Shown: positions 1 through 8,289 of the stretch, in pieces | Position numbering within the stretch: the first letter of the stretch is position 1 | Layout of the letters: every line of letters starts with the position of its first letter | Virus record (IMG/VR): IMGVR_UViG_3300022866_000322 | Coordinates: 1 to 64,000 of that record | DNA: 64,000 nucleotides | Direction: 5' to 3' (one strand) | The notes under the pieces: model-generated | Told to the model about the DNA's origin: nothing | The model's input: the letters and a program-made list of their open reading frames with translations, nothing else | Database searches by the model: none | Made by a program: the position numbers and the translations under genes

Positions 1-181
1 TCCTATGTCACTGATGCTACAGCATCTGTTGATGTGCTACAAGTATGGGTTGAAGCAGTTGTACTATTTTAATACATACGACGGGCAAGGCGAAGTAAAC
101 ATCGACGCACTAGGTGAATCAAAACAGCAAGAACTTGATAGGTTGGAATATCAAGAAGAATGCGAGAGTTGCGTAATTTGA
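1..181 (+). CDS. nrdA: Ribonucleotide reductase class Ia alpha subunit, C-terminal fragment (truncated by window edge)
   Basis: Frame from nt 2 reads [25 protein letters not shown]...EECESCVI*: conserved YY pair and C-terminal CxxC; directly upstream of nrdB. Confidence 0.93.
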   Translation, partial: PMSLMLQHLLMCYKYGLKQLYYFNTYDGQGEVNIDALGESKQQELDRLEYQEECESCVI

Positions 182-191
182 GAGAAAAAAT

Positions 192-1319
192 ATGAGTGTA
201 TTTAATATTAACAGTAATAAAGATCACACCAAGTCTTTGGCATTTCTTGACAAAGCAGGCACACCAGCAATACAGCGATTTGACACACTAAAGTATCGTC
301 AATTTGACAAGTTAACAGATAAACAGTTGGGATTCTTTTGGAGACCTGAAGAAGTTGATGTGTTGCGTGATGCAAAAGACTTTAAGGAACTTACTGAGTA
401 CGAAAAGCATATCTTCACCAGTAACCTTAAAAGACAGATCCTACTGGATAGTGTCCAAGGACGCTCTCCTAATCTAGCATTTTTACCTATTGCTACTATT
501 CCAGAACTAGAAACTTGGATTGAAACTTGGGCGTTTAACGAAACGATTCATAGTCGCAGTTACACACACATTATTCGTAATGTGTACAGTGACCCAAGTG
601 TAGTGTTTGATGGACTACGTGATATCAAAGAAATTGCAGATTGCGCTAAAGACATTAGCCACTACTATGATGACTTGATTGAATCTGTACAATATTATAA
701 TTTACTTGGTGTAGGCAAGCACAAGGTCAACGGCAAGGAAGTTGTAGTTGATCGTTATGCCTTGAAGCGGAAACTATGGTTGTGCTTAAACAATGTCAAT
801 GCACTAGAAGGTATCAGATTCTATGTATCATTTGCTTGCAGTTGGGCATTTGCTGAGCTTAAGAAGATGGAAGGCAATGCTAAAATTATTAAACTGATTG
901 CACGTGATGAAAACTTGCACCTAGCAAGCACACAAACACTTATTAAGTTGTTGCCGTCAGACGACAAGGACTTTGCAAAGATCCGCGAAGAAACCAAAGG
1001 GGAATGTGAAACAATGTTCCTCAATGCCGCGTCACAAGAAAAAGATTGGGCCAAGTACTTGTTTAAAGATGGAAGCATGATTGGACTCAATACAGAACTA
1101 TTGTGTCAGTACATAGATTGGTTGACCTGCAAGCGTATGTCAGCCGTGGGACTTAGCTGTGGCATTAAAACAGGAAGTAACCCACTGCCGTGGACACAAA
1201 AGTGGATTGCCGGTGCAGAAGTGCAGGTGGCACCACAGCAAACTCAAATATCATCATATATAATTGGTGGAACCAAACAAGACGTGGACTCAAACACGTT
1301 CAGTGGCTTTACTCTTTAA
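192..1319 (+). CDS. nrdB: Ribonucleotide reductase class Ia beta subunit
   Basis: [41 protein letters not shown] diiron motifs; C-terminal VAPQ..ISSY. Confidence 0.97.
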   Translation: MSVFNINSNKDHTKSLAFLDKAGTPAIQRFDTLKYRQFDKLTDKQLGFFWRPEEVDVLRDAKDFKELTEYEKHIFTSNLKRQILLDSVQGRSPNLAFLPIATIPELETWIETWAFNETIHSRSYTHIIRNVYSDPSVVFDGLRDIKEIADCAKDISHYYDDLIESVQYYNLLGVGKHKVNGKEVVVDRYALKRKLWLCLNNVNALEGIRFYVSFACSWAFAELKKMEGNAKIIKLIARDENLHLASTQTLIKLLPSDDKDFAKIREETKGECETMFLNAASQEKDWAKYLFKDGSMIGLNTELLCQYIDWLTCKRMSAVGLSCGIKTGSNPLPWTQKWIAGAEVQVAPQQTQISSYIIGGTKQDVDSNTFSGFTL

Positions 1320-2450
1320 ATGTGGAGTAACCCAGTTACAATTGACAATGAGATTATGTCTATGGCAAAAGCTCTCGATTGTAATTGGGTAGGAGCAGTT
1401 AAAGTTAACGCACAGTCTGCATACGAGTATAATAACTGCCATAACAATGTTAGAATACACTCTAGTATATACGGCGGCAAGAAAGTAATTGGCTATTATT
1501 TTATAAAGGGGTTCAATGTTGTGCAGGCCATAAGACACAGTGTATGGCAAGATAACACGTTAGTAGACGTAACACCATATAAAGATAACAGAGAACACAT
1601 TATTTTTGCGTTAAGTTCAGACCAATCCAACGATTACTCGATACCTAACTGTTACTCTCAGTCTCTTGCTAAATATTTAAAACAGGAGAGTGACCGAATG
1701 TATTATGTATATCAAATAGTGGATCCGAGAAATAACCAACCATTTTATATCGGCAAAGGTACAGGTGACAGAGCAACAACACATTTACGGACTGTGTCCG
1801 ACACTAGAAATGTTTACAAAGAAAATAAAATCGCGAGTATAAGAAAGTCCGGAGCAGAGCCAGTAATTGAATACATTGCTGAAAACATATTAGACGAGGA
1901 ATTAGCGTATGATATCGAGGCCACTGCAATTAAAAAGTATGGTAGAAAAGGATATGACAAGAATGGCATATTAACCAATATATGTCCTGATGCCCGCCCA
2001 CCTAATCAGAAAGGTAGAACATACGAAGAAATATACGGGGTTAACAAAGCAAAGCAACAACGAGAATTAAGATCACGCCTTCAGAAAGAGAGAGGTGGAT
2101 ATGGCCCTAAGCAACACAGCATCGAAACACGAAAACGATTTAGTGAATTAAATTCTGGTGCCGGAAACCCAATGTACGGTAAAACACAAAAAGAAAGTAC
2201 CAAGGCATTAATTAGCAAAAAAGCAAAGTTGCGAATCGGTAAAAAAAATAAAAATAGCCACACTTACAGACTAACATCTCCAACAGGGGATGAGCACATA
2301 TTATACGGCGGTGAATCTACTGATTTCTGTAAAACACATAATTTAAGTTGGAGTACTCTTAAAATGCAAATTGAAAAGAAATGGGGTATTCCAAAAAAAG
2401 GCAAAACTAAAGGTTGGAAGTTAGAAGACTTAACAGCTACTAGAACATAA
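1320..2450 (+). CDS. Free-standing GIY-YIG (LEM3-like) homing endonuclease with NUMOD3, fused in frame to an unknown N-terminal domain; internal start at 1698
   Basis: YVYQIVDPRNNQPFYIGKG and LTN motifs; NPMYGKTQKESTKALISKK NUMOD3-like; internal AGGAG RBS and ATG at 1698. Confidence 0.85.
   Translation: MWSNPVTIDNEIMSMAKALDCNWVGAVKVNAQSAYEYNNCHNNVRIHSSIYGGKKVIGYYFIKGFNVVQAIRHSVWQDNTLVDVTPYKDNREHIIFALSSDQSNDYSIPNCYSQSLAKYLKQESDRMYYVYQIVDPRNNQPFYIGKGTGDRATTHLRTVSDTRNVYKENKIASIRKSGAEPVIEYIAENILDEELAYDIEATAIKKYGRKGYDKNGILTNICPDARPPNQKGRTYEEIYGVNKAKQQRELRSRLQKERGGYGPKQHSIETRKRFSELNSGAGNPMYGKTQKESTKALISKKAKLRIGKKNKNSHTYRLTSPTGDEHILYGGESTDFCKTHNLSWSTLKMQIEKKWGIPKKGKTKGWKLEDLTATRT
1662..1689 (+). 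promoter_or_regulatory. Hairpin with late-promoter motif in loop and RBS in 3' arm
   Basis: tctcttg (1662-1668) pairs with caggaga (1683-1689); TAAATA at 1670-1675. Confidence 0.6.
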
Positions 2451-2525
2451 ATGAAAATAGACAGAGGAATATACGTAGGTGGCTACAGCTTGGTACCAGA
2501 TCAACTAATTAGGACTAATCGGGGT

Positions 2526-2553
2526 TTGACAAATAATTTTTAACAAGTATAAT
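2526..2553 (+). promoter_or_regulatory. Sigma70-type promoter
   Basis: TTGACA-16nt-TATAAT, ATG 7 nt downstream. Confidence 0.7.
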
Positions 2554-2560
2554 TAAGCGT

Positions 2561-2806
2561 ATGATTACAATATATTCAAAAAACAATTGTCCTTTTTGCA
2601 CAAAGGCCAAAGCACTACTAGAGATCAAAGGTATAAAGTACACCGAAGTAAACATTGAACAAGATGCAGATGCAAGGAAACGCATCGTTGACGCTGGCTT
2701 GCGTACAGTACCTCAGATTTATATCAATGAACAACTGCTACCTGGAGGATACAATGGGTTAGCAGATCAAACAACTGAATTTTTCGATAAGCTCAAGGAG
2801 AGTTAA
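2561..2806 (+). CDS. Glutaredoxin
   Basis: CPFC active site, RTVPQI, GGY; next to nrdAB. Confidence 0.93.
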   Translation: MITIYSKNNCPFCTKAKALLEIKGIKYTEVNIEQDADARKRIVDAGLRTVPQIYINEQLLPGGYNGLADQTTEFFDKLKES

Positions 2807-2807
2807 C

Positions 2808-3104
2808 ATGTTATTAGAAAATAGTAAATGGGAAGGACAGATCTGCGCACTAAAACTAATCACTGGGGAAGAGATAGTTGCAAAGATTACCAGCGAAACA
2901 GCAGATCACTACAACGTCGAGAAGGCATGCAATGTAGTACCTGGTCAGCAAGGTGTTGGATTAATTCAAGCACTGTTCACAGCAGATCCACATACCAGTG
3001 CGTCTATTCAAAAAAATCATGTTGTTATGATTGCTGAATGCATTGATCAAATCAAAACACACTATATCAAGACCACAACTGGGTTGGAAATTGTTAGGCC
3101 TTAA
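2808..3104 (+). CDS. Conserved phage protein, possible Sm-like/SH3 fold
   Basis: LKLITGEEIVAK motif; AGGAG RBS. Confidence 0.55.
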   Translation: MLLENSKWEGQICALKLITGEEIVAKITSETADHYNVEKACNVVPGQQGVGLIQALFTADPHTSASIQKNHVVMIAECIDQIKTHYIKTTTGLEIVRP

Positions 3105-3410
3105 CTAGCCGCCGGCAAACACAGTAGGTGATCCGCTTATCATAGCACCGGCGTCGGCACTATCACCTATTCTACCTACTCCAATACCATTGAGGAAAAC
3201 ACTACCTGAACCAGCATTTAAAAATGCCACGTGAGGTACGCATGAATCTCCACTGGGTATTAGGTGAGATACTGTCGGAGCACCAACTACTATAATGTCA
3301 ATACCGTTAGCATGAACAGTGCCGTCGTTGTTTGGCGAAGCAATGGTTGTTGTGGTATCACATCCATGTCCGGTTGTTAGTGTGTCACCTACTCTACATA
3401 TTGCTGGCAT
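3105..3410 (-). CDS. PAAR-motif spike tip protein (gp5.4-like)
   Basis: PAICRVGD...GH, GSGSVFLNGIGVGRIGD, SGSPTVFAG. Confidence 0.9.
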   Translation of the reverse strand: MPAICRVGDTLTTGHGCDTTTTIASPNNDGTVHANGIDIIVVGAPTVSHLIPSGDSCVPHVAFLNAGSGSVFLNGIGVGRIGDSADAGAMISGSPTVFAGG

Positions 3411-3526
3411 AATATGTATTTATACCAAAAAATTTGATTATACCCCACTATTATAGTATAATAGCAGTTGTTAACTTACATCCGACTCGCTTTTAAATAC
3501 TGGATGCGGTAAGATAGGAGAAAAAC

Positions 3527-4153
3527 ATGAAGCAAGATCTAACCAAATGGTCAAGATTAGTAACATTTTTTCTAGGAACGTGGCTGGTAGTATATGCAAT
3601 TATTGCAGTCACTAGTAATGTTAAAGCGCCAGCAAACCAAGCAGTGGGCGCAGAAACTATCGAAATTATTAACACAGCAGTAAAGCAATCGCCTGTTGAC
3701 ATGAGACAGGTTAGGCGAGAATTGGATTGCCTTGCTAGGAACATATACTGGGAAGCTCGTAGTGAGCCAGTTGAAGGTATGATTGCTGTGGCACAGGTCA
3801 CTCTTAACCGAGTGGCACACAACAGTTTCCCTGATGATATATGTGATGTGGTATATCAAGGCCCAACCAAAGCATCCTGGAAAGACAAGAGTGTATATTA
3901 TCCTGTAAAACATCGTTGCCAATTCAGTTGGTACTGTGATGGTAAATCAGATCGCATTTCGTCAGTTAATCAAACTATCTTTGACCGTTGCTATGAAGTA
4001 GCCAGACAGGTATTAATTGAAGGCAAAAGATTACCTGGCTTAAAACAAGCAGTATTCTATCATGCAGATTATGTTAGCCCTGTCTGGCGTTATCCTAAAT
4101 TGGCTAAAATAGGCACACACATATTTTACGGTGATAGAAACAGCCAAAACTAA
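3527..4153 (+). CDS. Cell wall hydrolase, SleB/Hydrolase_2 family, N-terminal membrane anchor
   Basis: CLARNIYWEARSE, VAQVTLNRV, CQFSWYCDGK, FYHADYVSP, IGTHIFY. Confidence 0.93.
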   Translation: MKQDLTKWSRLVTFFLGTWLVVYAIIAVTSNVKAPANQAVGAETIEIINTAVKQSPVDMRQVRRELDCLARNIYWEARSEPVEGMIAVAQVTLNRVAHNSFPDDICDVVYQGPTKASWKDKSVYYPVKHRCQFSWYCDGKSDRISSVNQTIFDRCYEVARQVLIEGKRLPGLKQAVFYHADYVSPVWRYPKLAKIGTHIFYGDRNSQN

Positions 4154-4196
4154 ACTGCTAACATAGTAGCCAAATAAATACTATTGGAGGTTTAGT

Positions 4197-4628
4197 ATGT
4201 CAAAGATTTTATTTTTTCTATTGTTTATTCCCACATTGTTATTCTCAGCTGATCTTCATCAGATGAACGAAAATGATCTGGCACTAGATATTACGAACTC
4301 AGACACAGTACAAAATGGTCGAGAGTGGTACGACAGACGTTGTTCCTTCTGTCATGGTGGCCAAGGCAAAGGTGGCAAAGGTCCTTGCTTAACATGTGGC
4401 AAGTTTACATACAGTTCAAATACCAACATGGGTATATTCACAACCATTAGTGTGGGCATTACCAATCAGAGTTTAGGCGGCACAATGGGTGCATTTGGTA
4501 CAACCATTGACGGTATGGATATAGTTGCTATTGTAACTTACTTACGGTCAGAAGAAAGACGCAGAATTGAGTCTGGTGAAATTAAAGATCCATACATTGT
4601 GCAAGAACAGATGGTCTTCCCGGAATAA
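4197..4628 (+). CDS. Periplasmic c-type cytochrome, cytochrome cL (MxaG/XoxG)-like
   Basis: Signal peptide, CSFCH heme motif, GKGP.L..KFTYSSNTNMGIFTTI, GTMGAFG distal Met. Confidence 0.75.
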   Translation: MSKILFFLLFIPTLLFSADLHQMNENDLALDITNSDTVQNGREWYDRRCSFCHGGQGKGGKGPCLTCGKFTYSSNTNMGIFTTISVGITNQSLGGTMGAFGTTIDGMDIVAIVTYLRSEERRRIESGEIKDPYIVQEQMVFPE

Positions 4629-4639
4629 AGGATAGTAGA

Positions 4640-4867
4640 ATGAGCAAGCCTATTGCAGATGATTTTGAAGTAATCGAAGCGCAACAAGAGCAAGACATAG
4701 ATGCAGAAGACTATGGCTTTGTATTTGATTCAGACGGCAACTTGAAGTATGCCTTTGTCCCAGAAGCAATTTTTGACAATAATCCGCCGAAAATTATCAA
4801 ACAAATTATGAAACTGTTGGATGTTACTGACCTTGAACAGTTTAATAACGACATTACCCTGCACTAA
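4640..4867 (+). CDS. Hypothetical acidic protein
   Basis: ORF with AAGGA RBS in operon context. Confidence 0.6.
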   Translation: MSKPIADDFEVIEAQQEQDIDAEDYGFVFDSDGNLKYAFVPEAIFDNNPPKIIKQIMKLLDVTDLEQFNNDITLH

Positions 4868-4964
4868 AACCACAACAAAGTGACACCAAACAGCCCAATC
4901 CTGGGCTGAAACCACTCTAAAAACACTCCAAAAAGTCTTTGTATACAATGACGTATAGTTTTGG

Positions 4965-5029
4965 TTGACGGCTTGTCCAAAAACATCTATAATACGTAGT
5001 ATATTAACTAGTAACAGCAAGGGGCTAAT
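4965..5029 (+). promoter_or_regulatory. Repeated early promoter/leader, copy 1
   Basis: TTGACG-17-TATAAT followed by acgtagtatattaactagtaa. Confidence 0.85.
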
Positions 5030-5173
5030 ATGTATAAAGTAGATTTTTACAGCTTTGGTTATTCAAAACAGTTTGACACCTTAGAGCAAGCGGTTGAGAA
5101 CGCTACAAAATCTGGCTTTTCGTGTACTGTTTGGTTAGGTGATGCATTACTCCGTTGTTTCAAAACAATCTAA
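5030..5173 (+). CDS. Small hypothetical early protein (47 aa, not in ORF track)
   Basis: MYKVDFYSFGYSKQF...CFKTI* directly behind promoter copy 1 and aagggg RBS. Confidence 0.6.
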   Translation: MYKVDFYSFGYSKQFDTLEQAVENATKSGFSCTVWLGDALLRCFKTI

Positions 5174-5183
5174 GTTGTTGATT
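5171..5183 (-). promoter_or_regulatory. IHF consensus site
   Basis: Reverse complement AATCAAcaacTTA matches WATCAAN4TTR; just upstream of promoter copy 2. Confidence 0.5.
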
Positions 5184-5201
5184 ACAAAGGATTTTTTTTG
5201 G

Positions 5202-5261
5202 TTGACGGTTTGTCCAAAAACATCTATAATACTACGTATATTAACTAATAAGGAGCTAAAG
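5202..5261 (+). promoter_or_regulatory. Repeated early promoter/leader, copy 2
   Basis: TTGACG-17-TATAAT, gtatattaactaataaggagct. Confidence 0.85.
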
Positions 5262-5492
5262 ATGCAGTTAACAGTTAAAGAGTTTGTAAATTACTGCAAC
5301 GACTTTTACGGTATGGGTGGCTTATACGACATGGCCTTTACTAAAAAAGAAATAGCCCATGCAGTAGACATTTACTTTAGTCGCATGTCAGACCAAGTAA
5401 ATTGGGGCGGTGGTGATACTGTAGACCGTGAACGTGTTTACGAGATTATGCGTGAAATTTATACTTTTGAATACAAAGTGGAGGTAGCGTAA
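5262..5492 (+). CDS. Hypothetical early protein, paralogue of 41176..41403
   Basis: ATG 5262 after AAGGAG; F.NYC..FYG.GG.YD and WG.GD.VDRERV shared with paralogue. Confidence 0.75.
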   Translation: MQLTVKEFVNYCNDFYGMGGLYDMAFTKKEIAHAVDIYFSRMSDQVNWGGGDTVDRERVYEIMREIYTFEYKVEVA

Positions 5493-5665
5493 TGACCAAT
5501 AAAGAAATGGTACACTTTATTAATTCAATTGAGTACGATCTTATTTGTGCTGGTACAGAACAAGATAAGATGGACTTGCGTAAGAAATTAACTTTTAAAC
5601 GTGAACAACTTGAACGTGAAATTCAATTAGAACAGCATCACTTCGATACACAACTGTCTTACTAA
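5492..5665 (+). CDS. Small hypothetical protein (57 aa)
   Basis: TAATG overlap with previous gene, GGAGG RBS. Confidence 0.6.
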   Translation: MTNKEMVHFINSIEYDLICAGTEQDKMDLRKKLTFKREQLEREIQLEQHHFDTQLSY

Positions 5666-5674
5666 GAGGGCAAG

Positions 5675-5989
5675 ATGTACAAGTTTATAATTTATCAGAT
5701 GGAACGTGATAGTGACTTGTATCACAACAAGAGTTTTTATGGAAGAGATAGCCTGTTCTTCAACAAGGATCATGCAAGGCAGGCAATGGCTAAACGACAA
5801 TATAAAAGGGTGGCATGTATACACGCTCATAATTTAAACGAAGTGCGGCACAAGGCCACCACTTCAGGCTACTTGCTCGATCATGTAGCCAAATTAGAAA
5901 TTGGCTACATGATAGAAAGTGAAACATATGGCAATCAGTACATTGTTGCTAATGCCGGGTTTGACAGTTTGAACGAAATTATTTTATAA
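5675..5989 (+). CDS. Hypothetical protein
   Basis: ORF with GAGG RBS. Confidence 0.6.
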   Translation: MYKFIIYQMERDSDLYHNKSFYGRDSLFFNKDHARQAMAKRQYKRVACIHAHNLNEVRHKATTSGYLLDHVAKLEIGYMIESETYGNQYIVANAGFDSLNEIIL

Positions 5990-6004
5990 ACAAGGAGAAC
6001 CAGT

Positions 6005-6223
6005 ATGTCCAAAATTGCAGGAAGGTCAGACAAAGCAATCGAAGTATGCGGCGGCGATCAGTATTTACTGATACTGATGGCATCACAAAGGACTCGCGAG
6101 ATTGCACAAGGTGCCGAGCCTAGAGTTACGGAAATCCAAGACGAAAAGGCAGCCAGTACTGCTATTAGAGAGATCGAACAAGGTTTGTATACAGTGGATG
6201 AATATAATCAAGATTCTAAATAA
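6005..6223 (+). CDS. rpoZ: RNA polymerase omega subunit homologue
   Basis: DQYLLILMASQRTREI...EP.V...EKAASTAIREIEQGL parallels omega NRFDLVLVAARRARQ...DKTTVIALREIEEGL. Confidence 0.8.
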   Translation: MSKIAGRSDKAIEVCGGDQYLLILMASQRTREIAQGAEPRVTEIQDEKAASTAIREIEQGLYTVDEYNQDSK

Positions 6224-6236
6224 CAGGAGAAACATT

Positions 6237-6416
6237 ATGGCTAATTATGCTATGGCACCAAGAAAACGTTGGTATGTTGCAGAAGATGGTAAGGTAATTA
6301 CACAACCATTTCCTAATAATCAGTATCAATGTGAACTTATAATAACGCAGTTAAACAATGGGTTAGAAGAAACTGCACTTCGCAATCTAACTGTCGAATC
6401 GGAGGTAATTGAATAA
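6237..6416 (+). CDS. Hypothetical protein
   Basis: ATG 6237 after AGGAG (ORF-track start is overextended). Confidence 0.6.
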   Translation: MANYAMAPRKRWYVAEDGKVITQPFPNNQYQCELIITQLNNGLEETALRNLTVESEVIE

Positions 6417-6613
6417 TGACTGACGTTTTAGAGTTTATATATGAGTTAAAGAAAATCAAACACTCTATTCACCCCAACATGACTTTGCAGGAACAGGCAA
6501 TGATCAAAGAAGATATTGATAGACTCATTGATACATACAACTCAGTAGCTGATGATTATAATGCCTGGGGCAATCAAGAAGCACTCAAAATGACTTACAG
6601 GGAAACAACATGA
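6416..6613 (+). CDS. Hypothetical protein
   Basis: TAATG coupling, GGAGG RBS. Confidence 0.6.
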   Translation: MTDVLEFIYELKKIKHSIHPNMTLQEQAMIKEDIDRLIDTYNSVADDYNAWGNQEALKMTYRETT

Positions 6614-6695
6614 GCTTTAAAGAAATACTAAAAGCCGCAGAGCAAAGTACTCAAGACAGCTTGTATCAAATATATCTTTAAAAGGAGAAAACAAC

Positions 6696-6812
6696 ATGAA
6701 CAAAGATATGAACTTTGAAAACATGAACATCGAAGAAACAAAGAAAGAAGCAGAGCAAGGTCATGCCACGGCTAAACAATCTTTAAAAGGAATGCCCGGT
6801 GAATTTATATGA
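6696..6812 (+). pseudogene. Possible Sel1-repeat gene remnant
   Basis: AGGAG RBS; ...KKEAEQGHATAKQSL resembles a Sel1 repeat start; AQYNL fragment at 7125-7139. Confidence 0.35.
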
Positions 6813-6836
6813 GATACACAAAACAATGAGGAAAAA

Positions 6837-7115
6837 ATGAATATGTTTAAATATCCAGTCACTTTAACGAAAGATGGCGACACCATCTTGGCGACATTTC
6901 GGGATGTTCCAGAAGCCATTACTTTTGGTGCTGATAAAGAAGAGGCGTTACTCAATGCCGTTGATGCTTTAGAGGCTGGGTTATCTTTTTACGTTGAGGC
7001 GAATAAAACTCTACCCGTACCGAGCAAGGTCAAGCGCAACGAGGTGACGGTGTGCCCATCCGCTTTAGCGTGTGCAAAATTGGGTGTATACCAAGCCATG
7101 ACTGCGGATAGATAG
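6837..7115 (+). CDS. hicB: HicB-family antitoxin, N-terminal domain only (orphan)
   Basis: YPVTL..DGDTILATFRDVPEAITFG....EAL..A.DAL......Y......LPVPS; ends before a DNA-binding domain; no hicA nearby. Confidence 0.85.
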   Translation: MNMFKYPVTLTKDGDTILATFRDVPEAITFGADKEEALLNAVDALEAGLSFYVEANKTLPVPSKVKRNEVTVCPSALACAKLGVYQAMTADR

Positions 7116-7216
7116 CGGTCTGGTGCTCAATACAATTTAAGACCAGGAGAAGCTAGGGCAATCGAGAAGCACTTAAATACCTAGACTAAAAATTATTAAC
7201 CTTACTAAGTATTATT

Positions 7217-7528
7217 ATGCAGATATTATACAAAAAAGAACTAGAGCAATTGCTGGATAAAATTGCTACAGGAAAAACTGACGTTAACCGGCTCCAAGAG
7301 GACGAACTAGAGGAGTTGATGGACTACATTCACGAGCGAGCTGAGGAGTTGGATGATCCTGACTATGACGAGATTAAGCAGCAGTTACTCCAGTTGTTTG
7401 ACCTGCTCGGACATGTTATTGATAACAGGATTGAAGCGGAAGATAATGAAAAGTTTATAGACTCTATACGAGGAAGTATACAAAGAGGCAATTTTTACTT
7501 TGAATTGGGCAGTTTTATAGTGCATTAA
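7217..7528 (+). CDS. Hypothetical acidic protein
   Basis: ORF. Confidence 0.55.
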   Translation: MQILYKKELEQLLDKIATGKTDVNRLQEDELEELMDYIHERAEELDDPDYDEIKQQLLQLFDLLGHVIDNRIEAEDNEKFIDSIRGSIQRGNFYFELGSFIVH

Positions 7529-7634
7529 CTAAATATACCAAAATCAGTTAAACTGTCACATAACTACTCTCTTATTCCTTTAAATATCCTGTAGCCGCAA
7601 TTTAATCGCGGCTCATTAAATGGAGATATAAAAA

Positions 7635-7868
7635 ATGGAAATATTAGCCACAATCAAAACGTGGGCAGGTGAATTAGCTGAAGTAGTTGTTTCAGTCCTA
7701 GCATTAAGTATTGTTTTAGAACTATTAATGGGCAACTCAGCAATTCCGTTCTTGCCAACCCCAAGTGTTATCGGTAACGTGACAGATGTTGTTAACACAT
7801 TGGGTGGTCAAGGTCTAGTAGGCTTGTTAGCTGTTTGGGTCTTGTATACCGTTTGGAAAGCTAAGTAA
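7635..7868 (+). CDS. Small membrane protein
   Basis: Two hydrophobic segments; GGAG RBS. Confidence 0.7.
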   Translation: MEILATIKTWAGELAEVVVSVLALSIVLELLMGNSAIPFLPTPSVIGNVTDVVNTLGGQGLVGLLAVWVLYTVWKAK

Positions 7869-7895
7869 TCGCTTTTTAAATTTTTCAAGTTAATC

Positions 7896-7924
7896 AATAA
7901 ACCCGCTGGAGCGGGTTTATTTTT
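7896..7924 (+). terminator. Intrinsic terminator
   Basis: aataaacccgc-tgga-gcgggtttattttt. Confidence 0.75.
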
Positions 7925-7938
7925 GACTAAATATTAGT

Positions 7939-8286
7939 ATGAGAATAACAGACATTATACGCACTGTGCTAGACATAGTTGACCAAGCAGAACAGCCAGC
8001 ACAGGAACCTATGATTGCTATCGCTGTCAGTGAGCCAGACCAAGAGACCATGGACATGCAAACACTAGCTGGCATATTAAAAGTAGGCGATGATGGCGCA
8101 TGTGATGTCTGCGGACGTGATCCATGTGGTTGCGACAATGCAGGATATGCCAACGAGCCTAAGGAAATTATCGCTCCTATGCAAGCCGCATTTCCTTCAG
8201 GTGACGATGTACACAAGGCTAAGAACCCTGCAGACATTAGAACTGATGCAACCAGCATGTATCCAGATTACCAAGCAAGGAAATAA
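7939..8286 (+). CDS. Hypothetical late protein with CxxC-x3-CxC motif
   Basis: TAAATA-N5-ATG; CDVCGRDPCGC. Confidence 0.65.
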   Translation: MRITDIIRTVLDIVDQAEQPAQEPMIAIAVSEPDQETMDMQTLAGILKVGDDGACDVCGRDPCGCDNAGYANEPKEIIAPMQAAFPSGDDVHKAKNPADIRTDATSMYPDYQARK

Positions 8287-8289
8287 CAC

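Noticed and set aside
192-2450. Group I intron or intein in nrdB carrying the endonuclease
   Set aside because: nrdB is complete and uninterrupted; the nuclease ORF lies after its stop codon
2451-2543. 30-aa ORF MKIDRGIYVGG... after the endonuclease
   Set aside because: No RBS or recognisable motif and it runs into the glutaredoxin promoter; possibly a remnant
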